Assembly (NCBI GenBank): GCA_946480175.1 | Contig: CAMLIK010000001.1 | Span: forward strand, 12,364 to 76,363 | From: an uncultured Gilliamella sp. | GTDB lineage: Bacteria; Pseudomonadota; Gammaproteobacteria; Enterobacterales; Orbaceae | Length of the DNA: 64,000 nucleotides | Direction: 5' to 3' | Shown here: piece after piece, positions 56,433 through 64,000 of the stretch | How the letters are laid out: each line of letters starts with the position of its first letter | Numbering within the stretch: the stretch's first letter is position 1 | The notes under the pieces: generated by a model | The model's input: only the letters and a program-made list of their open reading frames with translations | What the model was told of the DNA's origin: nothing | Databases searched by the model: none | Position numbers and translations under genes: made by a program

Positions 56433-58523
56433 TTAAAAATCAAACTCAACTAAATCATTTTTAATGACTTTTCTAGGTATACTCGGCAAATCACTCACAA
56501 TGAGATGCACACCGTTTAAAGTATTGTCTAATTTTAACCATCGATTTTCACTAATTTTTATACTCTCTCGTAAATAGAGCCTATTAATGGTGGAATTATC
56601 GTCAGGAAGGCCAATTATTTTTAACTGTTTTCTGATTTCTTCACGTTGATCGTACTCTGTCGAATTTTTAGACAGCGTACAGTTATTGACAGAACTCCGA
56701 GCGGTGCTTGCGCACCTATTTTTAGAGACAATAGCCCATTTGATTAAACGAGTGCAGATAAAAGAGGCTGTACCTATTATCGGAGCAAAAACCCCCTTGA
56801 TTTTTTTTACATCTTCTTCGAATTGGTTTTGCTCTTCCTCGTATGAAATCCGGACTAATATGTCCCGGCGTTCGGCGGTTGCACCACCTTGTAGTTGAGT
56901 GTATGCAGCCCAGTCGCCGACATCAGCGGCGGCGAGAACCGGGTCGATTATTGGGTTTTCCACTTTTTGACTTCCTAGCCGTCTAAGTTCCCGCCACACC
57001 GTCACGGGTGCACCGCCTATTTGCTGGAATTGTCTAATGCCCCACCGAGACGACCACGCAGTCACATTTTTGGCCATCTCCTTAAGGTTTTGTCCTGTCT
57101 CGTCGTCAACTTCATTACCGAGCTGGTACCCATCGATATTTTTGGAGATATATTTAGCTATGTAGCCAGTTGCTGACCCCTTCGATGGGTCAATATCGAC
57201 AAATTTAAAACGGTTTTCTTGTGCGCCCGGCTCGTGTGTATCTTCATCAAGGGCATAAGTTCTCATGATTTCGTGAATACGCTCTTTGTGGCCCGGATGC
57301 ATAAATACTAAAATATGCCAGTGCGGCGTGGCGTCATGGTGTGGCTCTGCAACTCTAAAGCCAAAAATACGCAAACATTCTCGGTTTAGTTTTGCTCTAA
57401 TTTTTGCCCATACGCCGCATAAATATTTTTGCGTATCACGAGGGGTACCCGCATTCCAATTTTTAATAAACCCACCGGAGGCGTGGACAGAGTGATATTT
57501 TGACGGCGCAGTTAACGTTATAAATGCACCAACATAACCGCACTCATTAGCTATATCCTCAAAGCCCCGCATTCTGATCATTAGCTCACAACGTCGAATT
57601 GCGGGATTTGCATTTGATTTGTCAACCTGCAAGGCAAGCTCGAATTGCTCGCCTGTCTCTACGTTTTCGATACACTGATTTTTCAACCACTCTCGATTTT
57701 TTCTTTTCTGTTCTTTCCACTCGCCAACACAAGTGCGGCTGGCGTAAGGGCTGGCAGCCTTTTGTACTTGTCCTGCTGCAATAGCTAAATGCTCACGTTG
57801 AAATGCCCACTGACGTTTTAATTTGTTTTGCCACCATTTAGAATCAGATAATTTAGCGAGTGCGATAACAATTTGCTGTTCGTTGATTTCCCCCTTTTGG
57901 TAATCGGCAAAATAGGGGGCTGTGATTTTAAGTGGTTTTAATTGTTCTAATGCAAATTTATAGATAGATAGTTCATGCTCGGAATCATTTAATTTAAATT
58001 CATCGGTTTCTAAAAATTTGATGATTAAATTTTGCATATAGCTAGAAATATCAGCGCCTAAATCGTTAATATCACTTTTATCAAGTGTCGGCAGATTTGA
58101 AAGTTGCTTGTCAAATCTTTGAACAATTAGGCTTTTGCCTGTATCTTTAATTGTGTACTGTCGCTGCACTTCTGCACAACGAGTTAGACCGCATGTGCGA
58201 AGGTAAGTATTTGCAACCTTAGATCCTTTTTCTTTATATAGTGAGCCATATTTACGAGCAAAATAACTGCCTATAAATTGTGGTGTGTCACTAAAATAAC
58301 TATGAAAATAGTTATACTCGTGCGGTATTTGTTCCCACAACGGCCGCTCAATTACTGTCAGCTCTTTAGGTGTCCGGCGACTGGTTGCATATTGTGATTT
58401 AGGCTGGATTGGGTTTACTGGTAAATATTGCCCAACGGTTTGGTAAAAATCACGCATAACAAAACCTAGCGCATGACGTGCGCTATTAGTGATAGGTGGT
58501 AGTGTTTGCGTGATTGTTGCCAT
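56433..58523 (-). CDS. Replication initiator gpA (rolling-circle endonuclease)
   Basis: FITLTAPSKYH, RVAEPHHDATPHWH, GYIAKYISKNIDG and WGIRQFQQIGG motifs. Confidence 0.95.
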   Translation of the reverse strand: MATITQTLPPITNSARHALGFVMRDFYQTVGQYLPVNPIQPKSQYATSRRTPKELTVIERPLWEQIPHEYNYFHSYFSDTPQFIGSYFARKYGSLYKEKGSKVANTYLRTCGLTRCAEVQRQYTIKDTGKSLIVQRFDKQLSNLPTLDKSDINDLGADISSYMQNLIIKFLETDEFKLNDSEHELSIYKFALEQLKPLKITAPYFADYQKGEINEQQIVIALAKLSDSKWWQNKLKRQWAFQREHLAIAAGQVQKAASPYASRTCVGEWKEQKRKNREWLKNQCIENVETGEQFELALQVDKSNANPAIRRCELMIRMRGFEDIANECGYVGAFITLTAPSKYHSVHASGGFIKNWNAGTPRDTQKYLCGVWAKIRAKLNRECLRIFGFRVAEPHHDATPHWHILVFMHPGHKERIHEIMRTYALDEDTHEPGAQENRFKFVDIDPSKGSATGYIAKYISKNIDGYQLGNEVDDETGQNLKEMAKNVTAWSSRWGIRQFQQIGGAPVTVWRELRRLGSQKVENPIIDPVLAAADVGDWAAYTQLQGGATAERRDILVRISYEEEQNQFEEDVKKIKGVFAPIIGTASFICTRLIKWAIVSKNRCASTARSSVNNCTLSKNSTEYDQREEIRKQLKIIGLPDDNSTINRLYLRESIKISENRWLKLDNTLNGVHLIVSDLPSIPRKVIKNDLVEFDF
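56680..56704 (-). other. Replication origin (gpA nick site) inside gene A
   Basis: CCGCTCGGAGTTCTGTCAATAACTG matches the P2-family ori CCTCGGAGTCCTGTCAATAAC. Confidence 0.75.
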
Positions 58524-58536
58524 TCTATTTGCTTAC

Positions 58537-58902
58537 TTAATTCGCTTTTGGTTTCGGCAACAATTCATCAAGCTTTAAACTTAAAAGTTCAAGGCCTTTT
58601 TGCCCTATTTCTGACTGATAAATATTTTCCCCAGCCTTAATTGCTAGCATTGCATACATATTGCTCCGGGGCGGTATTGCAACAAATAAAAACAACGAGA
58701 GCGCGAGCGTGGCTTTGTAATATTTGATTCTTTTATCTGAAAAATATTTAGAAAAGCATTTATTCTTCGATTCGTCGTCTTCGGTGACCCAAAACACACA
58801 ACATACGATTAATATACAAATAACAATTAAAAAAATTGAGATAGCTAAAAGTCTTAGTGTTGTAAGTGTCGATACTAAATAAATAGTCGTGATTAATGAC
58901 AT
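58537..58902 (-). CDS. Hypothetical phage membrane protein (2 TM)
   Basis: Two hydrophobic segments; IPP...MYAML motif; GGAG RBS. Confidence 0.6.
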   Translation of the reverse strand: MSLITTIYLVSTLTTLRLLAISIFLIVICILIVCCVFWVTEDDESKNKCFSKYFSDKRIKYYKATLALSLFLFVAIPPRSNMYAMLAIKAGENIYQSEIGQKGLELLSLKLDELLPKPKAN

Positions 58903-58924
58903 AAATTAAACTCCATAATTATGA

Positions 58925-59743
58925 TTAAACCATTTCAGGCGTTAGTACGCCGATTAGTTCCCTAGCTGGCTGGCGGTTACCGTTAGCTGCTACACTGCGC
59001 CTAGCGTCGATTTCGTAGATCTCAAAATCGTTAAAAATCTCTCTAATTAATGAATTATTGCTGTTAGAGATAACCGCAGTAGCGCCTCGTCTGACCGCTA
59101 AAACGAGTAAATCGTGTAGTCGTTTTGTTGTTTCAGCATCAAATTTACCGGGTGTGTATCCGGTGAATATGTCGTCTTTGGTGCCGGAAATGTACGGCGG
59201 GTCACAATAAATCACATCACCCCTTGTGGCATTTTCGATAACGGCGCTAAAATCAGCTCGTACTAGCTCAACCGGGGTTGAAATCAATTTATTGCTAAAT
59301 GCGATTAGTTCAGCTTTTGGGAAATAAACCTTTTTATATTTGCCGTGCGGCACATTAAATTCGCCCTTTTGGTTATAACGGCAAATACCGTTAAAACAGT
59401 GGCGATTCAGATAAACAAACTCGGCTGCACGCTGTACCGATAATAATAACGTCGAGTTATTAAACCGTGTTCTAACATCGTAAAAATCAGGGTTGCTATC
59501 AAATAGTGATTTAGTTTCATTTAGCAATCTAGCGAGATCATCTCGTAACCACCTGTAAACATTTATTAAATCACCGTTTTTATCGCACAGCACATAGCTA
59601 GCGTAATTAGTATTAATAAAAACATTACCCGCCCCAACAAACGGCTCAATAAACCGTTTACCACCAGGCAGATGTGGGAGTAATTGAGGGATTAGTCGGT
59701 TTTTGCTGCCGACCCACTTTAAAAATGATTTTTTCATATTCAT
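58925..59743 (-). CDS. dam: Dam-type DNA adenine methyltransferase
   Basis: LKWVGSK, IEPFVGAG, YLNRHCFNG.CRYN..GEFNVP (Dam-like target recognition region), DPPY. Confidence 0.9.
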   Translation of the reverse strand: MNMKKSFLKWVGSKNRLIPQLLPHLPGGKRFIEPFVGAGNVFINTNYASYVLCDKNGDLINVYRWLRDDLARLLNETKSLFDSNPDFYDVRTRFNNSTLLLSVQRAAEFVYLNRHCFNGICRYNQKGEFNVPHGKYKKVYFPKAELIAFSNKLISTPVELVRADFSAVIENATRGDVIYCDPPYISGTKDDIFTGYTPGKFDAETTKRLHDLLVLAVRRGATAVISNSNNSLIREIFNDFEIYEIDARRSVAANGNRQPARELIGVLTPEMV

Positions 59744-60546
59744 TTGCTAGCCTTGATCCACAAACACTCATTGCGGATAATTGCACCGCGTTGAGTGGCT
59801 GCTCGTGCATTAGTTGAGTGTTTTGTCCATCCTTTTAGATAGTCGTTGTATAAATCATTGTTGTAGCCAGATAGAACAACAGATCCGGATAGAGATATAA
59901 GTTTTTTTAATAACATTTCATGATCTGCGAATGTCATCTCATATTGATAACCGTTTTTGCTTGTTCTGGTCTGATGAAGATATGGGGGATCACAATAAAA
60001 CAGGGTTTTAGGGGAGTCATGTTTATCGAATAATTCGATAGCCGGTATATTTTCAATAATAACACCCTGCAGGCGTTTAGCGACTAATATTAAATTGTCT
60101 GGAATTTTTGCCCACGTGGACGCATCAGTTGTTAGCCCCTTTTTTGTACTACCTGAAAAGCCGGAATTTTTTTGATGTATACCGTTTGATGAAAAAGACA
60201 TAAACGATCTAATCAATAATTGACTGGCTTGTATTAGCTCGCGGTTGCTTTCTGAATAACAAGCGTTTAGATATTCGTCACGATGAAAGGGCGTTAACGA
60301 AATCAATTTAATTAATTTATGGGCATCAGCGGGATTGCGTAAAATCTTAAATAAATTGAAAACGGAACGATCGATATCGTTATAAACTTCTCGAGACAGC
60401 CTATCTTTTAACAATAACACGCTCCCGGCGCCGCCGAATGGTTCGACGTAAACTTCATGAGCGGGAAAGTGCGAAATAATCCACGGCGCCAACCGAAATT
60501 TGCCCCCAAAATAGCGCAATAGGGGATGTTTTATTTTAATTTTCAT
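59740..60546 (-). CDS. Second DNA adenine methyltransferase (D12 class)
   Basis: RYFGGK..LA.WI, YVEPFGGAGSV, EVYND, DPPY, LSGY and ECLW motifs. Confidence 0.9.
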   Translation of the reverse strand: MKIKIKHPLLRYFGGKFRLAPWIISHFPAHEVYVEPFGGAGSVLLLKDRLSREVYNDIDRSVFNLFKILRNPADAHKLIKLISLTPFHRDEYLNACYSESNRELIQASQLLIRSFMSFSSNGIHQKNSGFSGSTKKGLTTDASTWAKIPDNLILVAKRLQGVIIENIPAIELFDKHDSPKTLFYCDPPYLHQTRTSKNGYQYEMTFADHEMLLKKLISLSGSVVLSGYNNDLYNDYLKGWTKHSTNARAATQRGAIIRNECLWIKASK

Positions 60547-60613
60547 ATGTATCTCAAGCCTTAATTTAAGTGACCACGTAAGCCACTTATTTAGTTAAAT
60601 AAATAAACGTGTT

Positions 60614-60796
60614 TTATTCGGCAAGCCTTGGACCTTCTTCATGAGCAATTTTTTTTTGCGTTTTCTTAATGCGTGATGAATCTAGTTCTAGCGCTGGTGA
60701 AAACCAGTTCTGACCAAAAATTGCCTTATCAAATTCTGTTTTGTTGATTTCCTCGCTCAGTTTGTCACGCAAGTAGCCCGGAATTTTAAAGCCCAT
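60614..60796 (-). CDS. Hypothetical early protein
   Basis: Coupled to the upstream ORF in the early operon. Confidence 0.45.
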   Translation of the reverse strand: MGFKIPGYLRDKLSEEINKTEFDKAIFGQNWFSPALELDSSRIKKTQKKIAHEEGPRLAE

Positions 60797-61013
60797 GTCG
60801 CGCCCTCTGTTCTTCTTCTTCTTGACAGTCGACGCACAAACTCACTCCGGGTATTGCGTCGCGTCGCGCCTGCGGGATTGGATCGCTGCACTGGCAACAA
60901 TAAAGCGCCGATTTGCCAGTGTAAACTTTACGTTGTGCAACAAGACTATCAATTTCACTTTGTGCAAGGTTGTTGGCTCTATCAACTGAATCACGCATTA
61001 GACATGTCCTCAT
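60786..61013 (-). CDS. TraR/DksA C4 zinc-finger protein (P2 orf82-like)
   Basis: D.VD.A, CCQC..PIP.ARR.AIPGV.LCVDCQ. Confidence 0.88.
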   Translation of the reverse strand: MRTCLMRDSVDRANNLAQSEIDSLVAQRKVYTGKSALYCCQCSDPIPQARRDAIPGVSLCVDCQEEEEQRARHGL

Positions 61014-61206
61014 AATGTTGATTGCGCATTGCCTCGGCTTCGTTTTCTAGAAGTTCTGCGGCTTCAAAACAATTTAATTTTCCGGCGCGAATATGAGCCG
61101 CCAATCTTTCAAGCTTAGTTGTAAAAACATCACATAAGCCTTTTTTGGTGTCGAATCTTGTTATATTTAGTGCATTTTCCAGTTGCCCGACGGTAAAAGT
61201 ATTCAT
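60991..61206 (-). CDS. P2-family early protein (DUF2732-like)
   Basis: KLERLAAHI...LNC.EAAELL..EAE. Confidence 0.75.
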   Translation of the reverse strand: MNTFTVGQLENALNITRFDTKKGLCDVFTTKLERLAAHIRAGKLNCFEAAELLENEAEAMRNQHYEDMSNA

Positions 61207-61562
61207 GCCACTCTCCTTATTTCTTTTTTAAAATCTTCATCTTCACAAAGTGCAAAAGCATCAATTATTGATTGCAATCGTTGTAAACCTATTCGTAAAC
61301 TGTCTAATTCATCATCTGTTAAATAATCATAATCGGGCGCAAACACATGTTTAAATTTGCTACCATCGGAGTTGTAAATCATTGTTGTGCGTTGCTGTAT
61401 CCCTGCGGCCTTCATTAGCAATATTTTTTGCCCCGGCTTTAAGCTGTTAAACGCTGATCTGGCAAGGCTCCGTTTTCCGCTAAGAATTTTGTGGAACTCA
61501 CGCAAATAACTGCGATGGTTAGTGATTTGGTTTGCTGTTTGATTTTCCATTTGCATCACCAT
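61203..61562 (-). CDS. Hypothetical early protein
   Basis: In the early operon with overlapping start/stop codons. Confidence 0.6.
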   Translation of the reverse strand: MVMQMENQTANQITNHRSYLREFHKILSGKRSLARSAFNSLKPGQKILLMKAAGIQQRTTMIYNSDGSKFKHVFAPDYDYLTDDELDSLRIGLQRLQSIIDAFALCEDEDFKKEIRRVA

Positions 61563-61707
61563 TTAACCCGTTCAATTTAATAACTCTACCGCGTGACGTT
61601 TCGATGTAACCGCGTGGATTATGACGGTTGGAGCGAATATAAATTACCGTCGCAACCCCCGCCGATTTTGGACTCAAATAGATAGATTGGCTCATTTTGC
61701 ACCTCAT
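61519..61707 (-). CDS. Hypothetical early protein
   Basis: Follows apl; RGYIET..GR motif. Confidence 0.5.
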   Translation of the reverse strand: MRCKMSQSIYLSPKSAGVATVIYIRSNRHNPRGYIETSRGRVIKLNGLNGDANGKSNSKPNH

Positions 61708-61928
61708 AAATTAATAGTTGGGTTTCGGTCTTGTAGCGCTTCCGCTACCAGAGCGGCGTTATTGATTAAAATGATTGATCGTTTGCCGGCGATGTTTTTT
61801 TTGCGGATAGGCAGATAACCTTTTAAAACATAATCCTTGATTGTCTTAACTTTCATACCTGAATGCTTTGCATATTCCTCAACAGTCATATAAGCGGCGC
61901 CAAAATTTATTGATAAATCTTGATTCAT
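61704..61928 (-). CDS. Apl/Cox-like excisionase-repressor
   Basis: YMTVEEYAK.SG...TI...V.KG.LPI...LINNAAL winged HTH; divergent from cI. Confidence 0.85.
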   Translation of the reverse strand: MNQDLSINFGAAYMTVEEYAKHSGMKVKTIKDYVLKGYLPIRKKNIAGKRSIILINNAALVAEALQDRNPTINL

Positions 61929-61944
61929 AGTGCATTATTTCCTT

Positions 61945-62055
61945 TTATAGGTTTTATTCGGTTATATTCGGTCGTTTAGGTGTTAAAAAGCACCGACTCG
62001 GTGTTGTTAATTACAATATTATACGTTTAGGTGTGTGTCAACACCTTAACGTATA
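61945..62055. promoter_or_regulatory. Lysis/lysogeny switch region
   Basis: Near-10-bp phased TTCGG-type repeats (61945-61980); 15-bp-arm inverted repeat 62020-62055 overlapping minus-strand TTGACA-17-TATTGT. Confidence 0.65.
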
Positions 62056-62453
62056 TTTTTTATTTTTTATTTCGTTTCGAGGTAAACATGAACTTTACGG
62101 ATAACTGCAGAAATGTAGTAGAAAGAATGGTAACAGCATACAAATTAAAAACAGTTAAAGCGTTATCTGAAAAGCTTGGCGTAGGTGTTAGCGTCATATC
62201 AAATCGAATAACTAGGAATACATTCCCCGCGGATCTAGTTATTCAATGCGCACTGGAGACTGGAGCTGATTTATTATGGCTTTGTACCGGGGATGGCGAG
62301 CCAAATATTGATGGGGTTAAATTAGAAAAAAAATCTATTGAATTTTCAACAGTTGATCTAGAAAAGTTAGAGCGAATTGCGGCACTAAAAAACAGCGGTG
62401 CAATAACTGACGATGAATATACACTATTAAAAAATAGTATTTTTAAGAACTAA
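62031..62453 (+). CDS. cI: Immunity repressor CI (186-type HTH plus SHOCT-like C-terminus; likely start ATG 62088)
   Basis: VERM..AY...L...LGV..S.ISN...RNTFP...CALETGA.L.WL.TG; LEKL..L...GAIT.DEY..LK tail. Confidence 0.85.
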   Translation: MCVNTLTYIFYFLFRFEVNMNFTDNCRNVVERMVTAYKLKTVKALSEKLGVGVSVISNRITRNTFPADLVIQCALETGADLLWLCTGDGEPNIDGVKLEKKSIEFSTVDLEKLERIAALKNSGAITDDEYTLLKNSIFKN

Positions 62454-62466
62454 AAATAAGGATGAA

Positions 62467-62892
62467 ATGATGAAAAAAATTACTGCATTAACTTTACCTC
62501 TCGTAGCATGCTTTTTGTTTATGTCGCCAACTTTTGCGAATGGCAATCCAAATGGTGTCGCGCGAGAGATTGCTCGAATGGCAAAAATAGAATTTCAAAA
62601 AGCATATGGCAATTTACCGATAAAGGTTAACGACAAAATGTCATTAACCAATATAAGTTCAAAGGGGGCATCAATAGTTTACGATTATCGCTATAGAGAT
62701 AAAAGCACCAAATATACTCAAAATGATGTTGATATATACTCGCAATTAATGTTTGATAAAAGAATGTGCGATGACGATACCTTCGTTTCATTTTTTACAG
62801 ATAACGATATTGATTTTGTTTATCGATATACATTTAACGACAAAAAGACATTATCGTCATCGTTCTATATCGAGGATGCTTGCGAAGATTAA
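62467..62892 (+). CDS. Exported protein in the lysogenic operon (PA3611/AspS-like fold suspected)
   Basis: Signal peptide ending TFA; LP..V......I...G..I.Y.Y...C...Y.Y......DAC pattern. Confidence 0.6.
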   Translation: MMKKITALTLPLVACFLFMSPTFANGNPNGVAREIARMAKIEFQKAYGNLPIKVNDKMSLTNISSKGASIVYDYRYRDKSTKYTQNDVDIYSQLMFDKRMCDDDTFVSFFTDNDIDFVYRYTFNDKKTLSSSFYIEDACED

Positions 62893-62895
62893 ATT

Positions 62896-63897
62896 ATGTC
62901 TATTCGAAAACAAAAAAATGGCAAGTGGCTTTTTGAGAAATACTTGGAAAACGGGCGGCGCATTCGAAAAACGTTTGTCACAAAAGGCGAGGCCGCCGCG
63001 TACGAAAACTATTTAGAGGAGCAAGCAGGAGTCAAACCGTGGATAGCCGAAAAACAAGATAGACGGCGATTATCCGATCTCATTGAGATTTGGCATGGCG
63101 CACATGGTCAGACATTAAGTGATGGTGAAAATGTTTATACTACATTGCTATTTATTGCTAAAAGTGTAAATGATCCATTAGCTCATAAATTTACATCGAA
63201 AAACTTCACCGATTACCGCGCCAAGCGACTGAATGGTGAAATATATCGCACCGACCGAGTCAAAACCGTTGCACCTAGAACTCTAAACCTTGAATTGGCC
63301 TATATAAAATCGATGTTTAATGAGTTGATACGAATGGGGGAATGGACGCATAAAAACCCGGTTGAGCGTATTAGACAATTTAGAATTGACGAGCAAGAAA
63401 TGGCGTACCTACAACCAGATCAAATAAAATTGTTGCTAGCATCAGCAGAGCAGAGCAAAGCAAAAGATTTAACGATCATTGTTAAAATTTGTTTAGCAAC
63501 TGGCGCCAGATGGAGTGAAGCCGAAAGCTTAAAAAGCTCTCAAGTCAAAGATGGGAAAATTACCTATATTAATACCAAAGGCAAGCGTAACCGTACCATC
63601 CCTGTAAGTGATGAACTTTTTAAGCAAATCCCTCAAAAAGATGGTCAGCTTTTTACTCCTTGTTATTCTGCTTTTCGTTCTGCCATAAAACGCGCTGGAA
63701 TAGAACTACCAGACCGCCAACTTTCGCATGTTTTGCGGCACACGTTTGCTAGCTTTTTTATGATGAACGGCGGTAATATACTGGTACTGCAAAAAATACT
63801 GGGGCATACTGACATTAAGATGACTATGCGCTATGCCCACTTTGCACCTAATCACTTTGAGGATGCTATTAGATTAAATCCATTTAATAACATTTAA
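62896..63897 (+). CDS. int: Prophage integrase (186/HP1-type tyrosine recombinase)
   Basis: LATGARWSEA, TKGKRNR, HVLRHTFAS, LGH and RYAH motifs; N-terminal arm-binding region present. Confidence 0.95.
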   Translation: MSIRKQKNGKWLFEKYLENGRRIRKTFVTKGEAAAYENYLEEQAGVKPWIAEKQDRRRLSDLIEIWHGAHGQTLSDGENVYTTLLFIAKSVNDPLAHKFTSKNFTDYRAKRLNGEIYRTDRVKTVAPRTLNLELAYIKSMFNELIRMGEWTHKNPVERIRQFRIDEQEMAYLQPDQIKLLLASAEQSKAKDLTIIVKICLATGARWSEAESLKSSQVKDGKITYINTKGKRNRTIPVSDELFKQIPQKDGQLFTPCYSAFRSAIKRAGIELPDRQLSHVLRHTFASFFMMNGGNILVLQKILGHTDIKMTMRYAHFAPNHFEDAIRLNPFNNI

Positions 63898-63916
63898 GTG
63901 GCGGTAAAATGGCGGT
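63894..63916 (+). repeat. 23-bp direct repeat, right copy (arm-type sites)
   Basis: Identical to 31515-31537. Confidence 0.8.
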
Positions 63917-63919
63917 CGA

Positions 63920-63992
63920 AATCGGTTTTATTCGGTTTTGGTCGGCTGTATTCAGTGTTTTAACGTGTTGATTTTATTATAAGTTATTGATT
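63920..63992. promoter_or_regulatory. attR arm: Apl/Cox-type phased repeats and two IHF sites
   Basis: AATCGG, ATTCGG, GGTCGG and ATTCAG at exact 10-bp spacing; minus-strand AATCAACACGTTA (63961-63973) and AATCAATAACTTA (63980-63992). Confidence 0.7.
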
Positions 63993-64000
63993 TTTATAAT

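Larger units (their letters stand above)
31451..64000. mobile_element. P2/186-like (Peduoviridae) prophage, apparently complete
   Basis: Full syntenic set of int, cI, apl, dam, A, cos, Q, P, O, N, M, L, X, lysis, R, S, V, W, J, I, H, G, FI, FII, E/E', T, U, D and ogr; att-arm sequences at both ends. Confidence 0.95.

Noticed and set aside
58925-60546. Restriction-modification system
   Set aside because: No adjacent endonuclease-like ORF; the genes sit in the phage early operon

Overview
AT-rich gammaproteobacterial chromosome. Gene content suggests Orbaceae/Gilliamella, a bee-gut lineage; this is inference only. Bases 1-31.3 kb are host genes: a sorbitol-family PTS, a phosphoethanolamine transferase, a MATE pump, rimO, two Fur-boxed catecholate-siderophore uptake loci, a DhaKLM/TIM-like/Lin0368-family cluster probably for a triose or tetrose, pssA, ydiK, ecotin, potFGHI, FMN riboswitch-ribB, yjiHG-amidohydrolase and a paired SMR transporter. 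A tRNA-Lys(CTT) at 31375-31450 is followed by an apparently complete P2/186-like prophage of about 32.5 kb that runs to the window end. It has int, cI, apl/cox, two DNA adenine methylases, repA with ori, cos, head, lysis and tail genes, ogr, and a LexA-boxed tum. The attR core probably lies just past base 64000. The most unusual part is the accessory block between attL and tum (31.55-33.9 kb). It carries two copies of a ~115-bp promoter/leader module with conserved stems and divergent loops. An 18-bp palindrome in each promoter spacer has its central 8 bp inverted between the copies. The modules drive small unknown proteins, an arm-less lambda-Int-like recombinase and a predicted RHH regulator. 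This architecture resembles an anti-defence (acr-aca-like) operon and might be recombinase-switched. No database searches were possible, so all family calls rest on recognised motifs.
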